The notes below the pieces were generated by a model. The model was given only the letters and a program-made list of their open reading frames with translations. It made no database searches and was not told the origin of the DNA. The translations under genes were made by a program, and so were the position numbers. Shown one piece after another: positions 1 through 8,420 of a stretch of 64,000 nucleotides of DNA. Location: assembly GCF_009914755.1 (NCBI RefSeq), contig NC_060927.1; one strand, given 5' to 3'. Origin of the DNA: the human T2T-CHM13v2.0 reference genome, Homo sapiens. Every line of letters begins with the position of its first letter. Position 1 is the stretch's first letter.

Positions 1-2287
1 GAAACCTGGCTGGGCCATTATATAACCTTCTCGTCATTGCACAAAAGGTTAGAAGTTCTCCCTACCAACATCACAAGGACATTGCATAGATGAATATACT
101 CAACTATATCAAAGTACTCTAGGATATTTGGAAAAAGAACAACAGAGAAAAAACTATAGTTTTTATTCACATGTGAACACATCTTGACTAAGCTATCTTT
201 TATGATCTATTTCAAAATAATGATAATGATTATTATATCATTCATGAAAAACAGAACATAATTATTACTGAACCTCAAGAATATATGCCCGACTTGCCCA
301 TGGTCACAAAATAATGACTTAGACTAAATAGTCTTTTTCTCATGGGGCAAGCCCAAATCATTCTGTAAATATCCCTCCACCTCAGAACCACATAGCCTCA
401 AGTACTTACATTAAACATTCTTGAACAAATGGATTCTAATTAACAATGAACACCAAGAACAGCATTAATCTGTGAATCCATGAACATAATGGTAAGAAAC
501 AGCAGAAGCAACTGTGCTGAAGAATGGAGATAGTAAACAAGGGATGGGGCCAATTCAAAAGGGCCACATACTTTGACACTGAGGAGTGTGTACGTGTGTG
601 TCCACATGTACATATGTGTAAGAGAGAGGAGAGCATGTTGTCAGGAAACAGTTCAAGCCCTGCCATGATGATGGCAGGAGATAATGTGTATGGCAGTTGT
701 TTGCGAGTGATCTCCATGTTTCTTAGCCTCATCCAGCTGCACTGCCTTCTTCTCCTATCCCATTACTCAACGTTACTGCTGCCTAGTGTGTGCCACACAC
801 TGGGGGATCCCAAAGCTTGAGAACTGAGGCCACTTCCCACAATGTGCTAAACTCTATTTAGCAAAATCTTGAAAACTCCTCTTTAGAAAGAACAATATTC
901 CCGGGGAGGAAAAGCTATTTGCTTTGCCCAAATGAGACCAGAAAATTCAGAGAATTGTTACTATAGTTTACTATGTTATCACTGAAAAAGACTGGGGGGC
1001 TTTTTTTTTTAATAGAAGATCTCCTGAAATATAATTATCTGGTTTCGTGTTCCATTACACCTTCCTCATCCTTTAGAAGTACCTTTCACTCATAAGACCC
1101 CATGGCTGAGTAATGAATATCCCATAGTTTTACTCAAACTTAAGAGGAGCATGTATTCATGACATCATTCTTAGCATTTTATCAGAAGAGCTAAATTCCT
1201 AGAGTTAAATGGAATAGGAAGGAAAGGGATTAACCTCTGCTGCTGGCATAGTACAGTCACGATGCTAATGTCTCAATATGAAAAAGCTGAATTGCAGCAA
1301 TATCTGAAATCACAGAGAAAGTCCTGTGAGCTTTGAAGGAAAAAATGTAAAGAAATAAAATGTAAAAAGCCAAAGCAAGATTGGGACTCTATTTTTCATT
1401 TAGACATGCTTAGTAGAAGAATCATGTATTGCAAGAGCTCACAAATTAGATAGGAGAGGAATGGGTCAGTGAGTTCTGAGATGAGAAAGTTTTTAGAACC
1501 TGTAACTTGTAATTGTATTATGGGTGAGTTCCAGCTGTTCCCCTAAGCATATTTTAAACTATAACTTCGACATAGTATTCATTCCCTTGCAATGCTTCAA
1601 CAGTAAACAGCCAGGGAGTCTATTCTCTTTTCATTTAGCAAGAGGGCTTTATAGCTACACAAAATATCCCCCAGCAATGAAAAATGAAACCCACCAATGT
1701 AACATTAGCAACCAGCTGTCAGAAAAAAATCAGGAGTAGGATTGCCAGTCTGGTCATTTCATGCCAAGTGTTCTTGAGAGGCAGTGTGTGTGCGTATGTG
1801 TCTTTGTGTGTGCATGTGTACACTGTGTGTAAATGGAGTGTGTTCTGTAGCATGAGAGATGTGCGTGGGTAAATGTCCTAATGATGGCAGAATGCCCAAA
1901 CATGAAGATGTAGTAGAACCGTCAGTGGTAGAGCAATATAGCACAGACTCTCTATGGCTAATTGTGCAAGGTTCCTCTCACGAGCAGGAAGAGTGAGACA
2001 GGAAGATTAAAAAGATAATATATTTTTATGTTGGAATTACTTCGTGTATTATAGGTATGTTTAACATCAGTGAGGGCTCTGGATGCCAGCTTGTAAGTGA
2101 AATGCAAACACCATGTATGTATTTTCATTTTTAACCTTCATGAATTTATTTTACAACCTCCCCAAAACATAGAAACCTACAATCCCTTCAAAGTAAACAC
2201 CCAGCGCTAGCAATTTTGTCCTGCAAGCATGAAATACATTGACCATTATGAGCCAGCGCAGCGATTACCCGTGAATTCTCGTATTCA

Positions 2288-2420
2288 TTCTCTCTCTCTC
2301 TCTCTCTCTCTCCCCCACCCCACTCTCTTCCTCCCTCCCTCTTCTCCTCCTCCCCCCCTCCCCGTGTCCCCCTCCCCCCACCCCACTCACCGTTCCCTTC
2401 CCTCCCGCATCCCTCCTCCA
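2288..2420. repeat. (TC)n microsatellite plus polypyrimidine/C-rich tract
   Basis: tctctctc... followed by many ccc/cccc runs; nearly all pyrimidine on the + strand. Confidence 0.9.
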
Positions 2421-2544
2421 TCTCGGGGCAGAAGAATCTGGTGGGGCTATTTTGCAGAGAGATACAAGTACCAGGTGCCAAGCGGATACCTAGCCTCCTA
2501 AACTTAATGCCAATTCCCTCCTGAAAGAGGAGGAATGCAGTGAT

Positions 2545-2570
2545 ATCAGCACCGGGGACACGGGGATAGC
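2545..2570 (+). promoter_or_regulatory. Candidate RE1/NRSE (REST) element
   Basis: ATCAGCACC-GG-GGACAC (left half-site, 2-nt spacer, near-consensus right half). A second right half, GGATAGC, lies at a 10-nt spacer. Confidence 0.45.
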
Positions 2571-2656
2571 GAACACCACCGCGGCTCTTGGAGTTTACAG
2601 AGGAGCAACCCCAGCTCCGTCGCCACCACCTCGCGCAAAAGCCCCCACCCCACCAA

Positions 2657-2657
<1 letters not shown>

Positions 2658-2700
<43 letters not shown>
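2658..2700. repeat. (CA)n microsatellite
   Basis: About 21 uninterrupted CA units. Confidence 0.97.
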
Positions 2701-2703
<3 letters not shown>

Positions 2704-2729
2704 CACGCCGCTCTATCCTGCCCCCCGTT

Positions 2730-2735
2730 CACACG

Positions 2736-2777
<42 letters not shown>
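2730..2777. repeat. Compound (CA)2(CG)n(CA)n microsatellite
   Basis: cacacgcgcgcgcgcacacaca..., continuous purine/pyrimidine alternation. Confidence 0.95.
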
Positions 2778-2778
<1 letters not shown>

Positions 2779-3010
2779 GCCCTGGCTTCTTTCCCCATCA
2801 ACACCGATGTTGCAGCAAGTCTGTCCGCACAATCCCGCACGCCTCAGGACCCAGCCTGGGCGCAGAGCTGGCAGGGCAGGGAGCGCACCGCAGGACTTGT
2901 AAATAAACCCTGTTCCATCCAGAACCGGAGCGCTTCTTACTCCACCGACCACCCCGGAGCCCGGCGGCAGGGAGGAGGGGGCGCAAGGGGTCAGGGAATC
3001 CTCCCCCTAC

Positions 3011-3077
3011 CTTGCAATGAGAAGAGGGACAGGAAAAAGCCCAGCACCCAGACGCTGTGCAGCCAGTAGGTCCTCAT
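3011..3077 (-). CDS. LSAMP: LSAMP alternative first exon 1a, coding part (signal peptide MRTYWLHSVWVLGFFLSLFSLQ plus phase-1 G)
   Basis: Minus strand reads GAGAC-ATG AGG ACC TAC TGG CTG CAC AGC GTC TGG GTG CTG GGC TTT TTC CTG TCC CTC TTC TCA TTG CAA G|GTAGGG: 22 codons + 1 nt, then a GT donor. The peptide has hydrophobic signal-peptide character, there is a purine at -3, and no upstream ATG occurs on this strand until 3475. The peptide matches my recollection of the LSAMP 1a isoform N-terminus, which continues GLPVRS in exon 2 (outside the window). Confidence 0.88.
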
Positions 3078-3430
3078 GTCTCCGCTGCGCTCGATGCTCC
3101 CTCGCGCGCTCCTGCTCTCGCCTCTTCCGCTCGCGCTCTCTCTAGTAAAACGCGCCGCTCCTTTCCCTCGGTTTCCCTCTGGGTTCTCCTGGTTCCGGCA
3201 ACCCGGACAGACAAGCCTCTTGCCGCACGACGGCCGGATCCCAGAACAGCCTTGCTCTCCTCTTCGGGAGCGCAAGCCAGGGGCCGGGATGGACGCTCGT
3301 AGCCCGTGCCTGGTGTAAACACACCGAGCCCCCTTGTCCCTCGAGCTCTCCCGCTTTCCTGCTTCCTATCCTCCTCTCCCTCACTCCCCTGCAGCTTCAA
3401 CTAAATGCGATGTACTTAAACAAGCAGCGC

Positions 3431-3436
3431 CTTATA
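3431..3436 (-). promoter_or_regulatory. TATA-like element (TATAAG), predicting a TSS near 3405
   Basis: Minus strand ccTATAAGgc within GC-rich sequence, about 30 nt upstream of an Inr-like GCATTT. Motif evidence only. Confidence 0.3.
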
Positions 3437-3466
3437 GGACCGCGAACCGAGCCGAAAGGGCCCCGC

Positions 3467-3485
3467 TACTGCCATCTAGTGCTCA
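3467..3485 (-). promoter_or_regulatory. Candidate CTCF binding site
   Basis: Minus strand TGAGCACTAGATGGCAGTA, a close match to the CTCF core consensus (TGNCCACYAGRKGGCAGYA). Confidence 0.65.
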
Positions 3486-3639
3486 CAGAACGGCATCGCC
3501 GCGGCTCTTCTTCGCTGTGTGTCTGTGCCAAGTCTATCCAACGCCGCCAAAGTCCCCTCTGCTCTCAGCAAACACAGGTGAAGCTCTTGCCTTCTTAAAT
3601 CCTTGACTTGACCTTGCTGTCCCATAAGTCCTGAATTTC

Positions 3640-4100
3640 TCCTTTTCACGAGGAAGCTCTTGGAACATGCTAGCCGCACATCTTCATCACCTCATTGCTC
3701 CTCTCCCTCTCAGAAATCTCCAGTGCTTTCCTAACAACTCTATGGAAATTTTTCTCCAAATGTCACCATGACCTCCACCAAAAAGTCCAATGGCCTTTTG
3801 AAGCCTCATCCTACTTGATTTTGATGCTGCGCTTCACAGCGTGTGCCATTCCTTTTTATTTGATTTCAAAGTCACTGGGTCAAAACAATTCTGGCACTTC
3901 TGACCTTCCCTCCAAGAGCCCTCTGGGTTCCTCTGCACTTCTTGGTTTATATCTTCTGTTATAATTTCTTTAAGTTACTTGGAAATAAAAGGTCTATTAC
4001 AGCTACACGAGGATGGAAACCTCCACCACTAACCTCGTGCTTAGCCCTCAGCTTAGACTTCCCAGCTGGGTACCAAGCATCTCAAACTGGATGACTCAGG
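3640..4100 (+). mobile_element. LINE-2 fragment
   Basis: 'aaatgtcaccatgacctcc...aagtccaatggccttt...cctcatcctacttga' resembles the L2 RT-region consensus; heavily diverged. Confidence 0.6.
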
Positions 4101-4139
4101 GCCAGGGCTGAGTTGGGTGAGTAGGCAGATGGGGCCGCT

Positions 4140-4270
4140 CTGAAGAGCACTGACTAGTAGTTAGGAAAGCTGGATTTCAGTTCTGTTACTGTGGCCTCCA
4201 CTCGTTGGGGACCTTAACTAAGTCATTCAATCTCTGAATTTCATTTTATTCATCCATGTATTTACATGAT
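4140..4270 (+). mobile_element. MIR SINE
   Basis: 'aagagcactgact...ctggatttcagttct...gaccttaactaagtcattcaatctctgaatttcattt' is a MIR core. Confidence 0.7.
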
Positions 4271-4310
4271 AATGAATATTGGTCCCTTCCAACTGTTTGT
4301 AATATCTATG

Positions 4311-4528
4311 CTAGGTTTCTCCACCTTGGCACTACTGACATACTGTACCAGATAATTCTTTACTGTGTGGGGCTGTCTTGTGCACTATAGGATTTATAGC
4401 AACATCCCTAGCTTCTGTCCACCAGCTGACAGTAGCACAACCCTCATCCTCCTAGTTATGACAACCAAAAACATCTCCAGGCATTGCCAAATGCCCCCTG
4501 GAGGGAAAAACTGACCCAGTTGAGAACT
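4311..4528 (-). mobile_element. MER20 (hAT-Charlie) DNA transposon
   Basis: Reverse complement follows the MER20 consensus over its full length (gttctcaactgggt...ggggcatttggcaatg...gtttttggttgtca...aagaattatc...agtgccaaggtggagaaacc). Confidence 0.85.
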
Positions 4529-5124
4529 TCTTATCTATACCCACGTGATTTTCTTCAGGAATTATTCCCCTTTTCCAACTTCCCTGTTTCACAGGCTTCA
4601 AGAACTTTTAGAAGTATATTTAATTCTCTCTTCTCCAATTTCAGTTGATCATCAGTCTCACCACGACAATGTGTAAATGTGTCTAAGATGTCTCTATGTT
4701 TTTTTTTCAGTTTTACTGCCACCTTTTTCATAATAAACACGTGTTGTGCATTATAGTTTCTGAAATACTTTTAATTATCTCTAATGCTGTGATATGTTCA
4801 AGGGCTATGTTAGCTCTTCGAGCATTAGTGGGAAATGCAGACAAAGACAAGTTAAGTGACTTTTCTTATGACATACGATAGGCCAGTGAAAGCAACATTA
4901 GCAGACCTGAAGGAGGTCTCCTGACTCTAGCAGCATTCCTGATCCATCTCTCTAGTATGGGTCTTTATTGCCACACCCCTAGATTTCTACAATAGCCTTC
5001 TACCTGATCCCTTTCCTCCATTCACTGCTCTAATCTAGTTTATACGTTACCACCAGGTTAATCTTGTTAACAGTTTCTTCAAGACTCTCACCTGCTTATG
5101 AGTTATAGCTGCTCCTTATGGTCT

Positions 5125-5280
5125 TCTAGAACCATACTAGAATCACCTGAGGACTTTTGCTGACGCATCATCCCACCCCAAACCAATTAGATCACAATTT
5201 TTGGGTTGCAGCCCTAGCAACCGGAGTATTTTAAAGATCTCAGGCCATCCTAATCTGCAACCAGGGCTGAAAAACACTAA
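5125..5280. mobile_element. MER5A-like DNA transposon
   Basis: 'tagaatcacctgagga...cccaccccaaaccaattagatca...ctaatctgcaaccagggctgaaaaacact'. Confidence 0.65.
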
Positions 5281-5687
5281 CCTACCAGACAGAATTCAGA
5301 TTCTTCATTTTTAAAATGTAAGGTCTTCTGAAATTTCTTATCTTACCTTTAACAATTTATTTTTTTTTCAATCCCCAATGGAGACACTTTCTTCTAGATT
5401 GCTCAGTCTTCTTTTTTCCCCATGCACTTCCTTTATCTGCTGCTTGTTTGTCTTGCCAAGTCTGTTCCATTCTCAGGAGGCAATTTGCAAGTGGCCAGAG
5501 CATAGACTTTGAATCTAGAACTAGATGGATTCAAGTCCTACCATGCCTTTAACAAATGGAGAGACCTTGCAAAAGTCTCAAAGGACTTTTGTGAGTATAA
5601 CTCATGAAGTACTTAATAAATAATGTCTAGTGGTATTGTTTTTCAAGGATCAACCTTGATTTCTTCAATGTTAATGCATGTCTTAGT

Positions 5688-5880
5688 AAGGTTTCTCAAA
5701 ATACAATCAATTTAAGAACCCAGATGCAATAGAATCACAGTGTACATGTTAAAATTCCAGATTACTTAGTCATACACACAACCTAGTCTATTAATATATT
5801 TGGATGTTGGAGTCCAGGAATCTGCATTTTACTAGTATATCTAGGTGATTCTTTTGCCCTCTAATGATTGAAAAATCATT
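5688..5880. mobile_element. MER5-family DNA transposon
   Basis: 'aggtttctcaaa...agaatcac...gttaaaattccagatt...ccaggaatctgcatttt...ggtgattct'. Confidence 0.65.
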
Positions 5881-5934
5881 CTATAAGAACCACAAAGTGT
5901 TAAGAGTTGTGAGAAATTGTTTGCTCATGTAGTC

Positions 5935-6140
5935 CAGTTTCTCAGCCTCAGCACCCTTGACATTTTGGCCCAGATAATTCTTTGTTGTATGGGGCTGTCC
6001 TTTTTATTGCAAGATGTTGAGCAGTGTCCTTGACCTCTACCCACTACATGCCACTAGCAGACCCCTCTCCTCAAAGTATGACAAACAAAAATATCTCCAG
6101 AAATCCTATATGTTGCCTGGGAAACTAATTTCCCCCCACC
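5935..6140 (-). mobile_element. MER20 DNA transposon (second copy)
   Basis: 'gtttctcagcctcagcacccttgacattttggcccagataattctttgttgtatggggctgtcc...' homologous to 4311-4528. Confidence 0.85.
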
Positions 6141-6782
6141 CCAGCCACGCCCATGGAGTACAACTTGTCTAGTCCAAACCTCATTATAAGATAAGAAAAC
6201 TGAGTTTCAAGGAAATCGCATGACTTGCTAAATCTTGTAGTTTATATTTGGATTTGCCAGAGCCACAAAATGTGTTGCATCAGACTTTGTGATCTCCCTA
6301 CATTATACTTAGAATGACTTCCAACAATTCTTTAAAATTCTTTCAAAATTGTTCTTGATGCCTAAATTAGATATTTTCCTGCAATATATACTTACTGGCT
6401 ATAATATCTTTCTGTTTGTTTCTGTATTACTTTAAATAATCAATCCTAATTAATTTCTATGTCTTTGTCATGATTTTCCAAATTGATTTGTAAACACCGC
6501 TGCCAATTATCATGTATTCCTCACAGAGCCTAGCAGAGTGCTAGATGGGCAGACATTTCTCGAGTATAGCTAGCAGTAGAATAATTACTTGTTTGCGTGT
6601 GGTCAGAGGGAGCTTATGCATTCATATATCAATTGTCCAGATATCAAAGTTTTCTTAGATGTAATATATGCTTAGAGACCGTTTGCATAAATATTCATTT
6701 TTTTTCAGCGAATGAATGTATCCCATGTTATTTCTGCCCACGCCCTTCACTTTAGTTCAGGTACACTGTTTACAACATAGGA

Positions 6783-6890
6783 AAGTGGTTCTCAAATTGG
6801 TTGGGTAAAGAACTTGTAGAAATTGCATAAATAGCAGACATTCAGGCCCTATCCCCAGAGGCTTTAATTTGCATGTGCATGGGGCTACAG
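6783..6890. mobile_element. MER5A-like fragment
   Basis: 'agtggttctcaaa...gcagacattcaggccctatccccagag'. Confidence 0.5.
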
Positions 6891-8231
6891 GTCAGTCTGA
6901 TACCTTGCCAGAGTTCAGGAAATCTAAACTTGAAGATTTGTGTGTGTGTGCGCATGTGTGTTTAGTATGTTTTGTTGGAAATTTCTGAATGCAAAACTTT
7001 GCCCACATTCTTTGACGTTCAATTTATTATATATTCGTGTGGATGACATCCTTCTTAATATCATGGTGGAAGACATACCTGTATATACGGACAGGACATA
7101 TTTGTATACACAGGTAGAAATTATGTAACTCTCCATCATCACTATTGTTCTAAAAAGCTAATTTGGTCACAAATTCACATAGTTACATACTTACATAGCG
7201 TAAGTAAAATAAATAATAGAAACCCTTTCTAGCTTTTTACCTGAGGGCATTTTTTTCCCCTCCCTACAGCTGCCTTCCACTCCAACAAAATCTCAAAGTT
7301 TATAAAGCCTGTCAACTTCCATTGCTAATTCTCAGTGATGGGATTGTAATTCGCTTTGGGAAGCTTCCCTGTATTACTGTTAAGTCATTTGCATTCCATA
7401 GGATGATTTGTGTTCTGATGAGTCCAGGAATTCCTAGAAGTCTCTTTCCTACCCTGCCCCCTCTTTCATTTGGAGTCTCCTTTTCTGAGTAGCAGCAGAA
7501 GCCAAAAGAAAGAAAGAAAAAAACCTTGCATTGCAAGTACAATTAGATCTATGTCTGTAGAAGTGCCTTTTGTCCAGAGACCCCTTAGGATACTATACTG
7601 AGACACTGAGCTGAAAAAGGAAAGATGATTTTTTTAACAGATGGGTTGCCTATTTTTGCCCTTCCTACATTAGAGCTGTTTTTTCCCCTTCTCTAAACTA
7701 GAGAACTATCATCCTGTAGTGGTATACAACTGTCATTCATTCCTGCCTATATTATACTGTGACTACTTGACTTTAGGCAAGAGAAGGTGATATGCACAAT
7801 ATCTCCCATAATAGACTTTGCAATCTGGCCTGTGGGTTTCTTTTGACTGTCCCAATGCCTGCCAGAGCAGTTTTCACAGATCTAGGAAATGGCTACATAA
7901 TTTATGTGGAATCAGAAAATGAAAAACAAGAATGCAGATTTTTGCGGGTTTCTGAAATAAAACAAGTCCAACTCCAGATTGAAAGGCCTAGAGTAATTGT
8001 GCTCATCTAATAATAATAATATTTTGTGGTTATACAGCTACTTCACATGCATGGTCTCATTAATATAGCAATGGAGACAATTTCAGAAGGTAGAAATTTA
8101 TCTTCTTGCCTTTGAATTATTTTATCCTGGAAGTTTAGAGCTAAAAAAGGAAACGCTGTAATTTGATGTGTCAAGAAACCAAACAGTAGAGCTTCAAGTG
8201 AAAGAACTTCGGTGCTTGAAAGGACTTTAGA

Positions 8232-8420
8232 TGAGGCACTGTGGTGTAGAAGAAAAATCTAGCTGTAACATCAGACAGATGTGGGCTTTTCCACTCACCA
8301 AGGTGTGGCCCTGGGTAAATAACTTTTCTGAGCTCTAGTGCTTTCCCTAGGGTCAAGAGAATCTACTGACATAAGATATATAAATTTCCTAACATACATT
8401 AAGCACTCAGTGAAGGTTTG
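8232..8420 (+). mobile_element. MIR SINE
   Basis: 'aggcactgtggtgtagaagaaa...tcagacagatgtggg...tgtggccctgggtaaataacttttctgagctc'. Confidence 0.6.

Larger units (their letters stand above)
2540..3560. promoter_or_regulatory. CpG island / LSAMP 1a promoter, 5' UTR and start of intron
   Basis: Sharp rise in GC and CpG (cgcgcg, ccgg, gcgc) against an AT-rich, CpG-depleted background; surrounds the coding exon. Confidence 0.9.

Noticed and set aside
430-820. Overlapping 98-aa ORFs / possible old LTR
   Set aside because: No recognisable protein similarity, and I could not assign a repeat family with confidence.
1-3010. LSAMP 1a' cassette exon or other downstream exon
   Set aside because: I could not recognise a supportable acceptor-exon-donor unit in this 3 kb of intron.
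2188-3400. Multiple overlapping 80-170 aa ORFs in the CpG island
   Set aside because: Products of microsatellites and GC-rich, stop-poor sequence (CVCV, HTHT, SLSL). Only the 3011-3077 segment has coding and splice signals.
3570-3590. Plus-strand CAG|GTGAAG as the donor of a divergent lncRNA
   Set aside because: Weak donor match and no other evidence from sequence alone.
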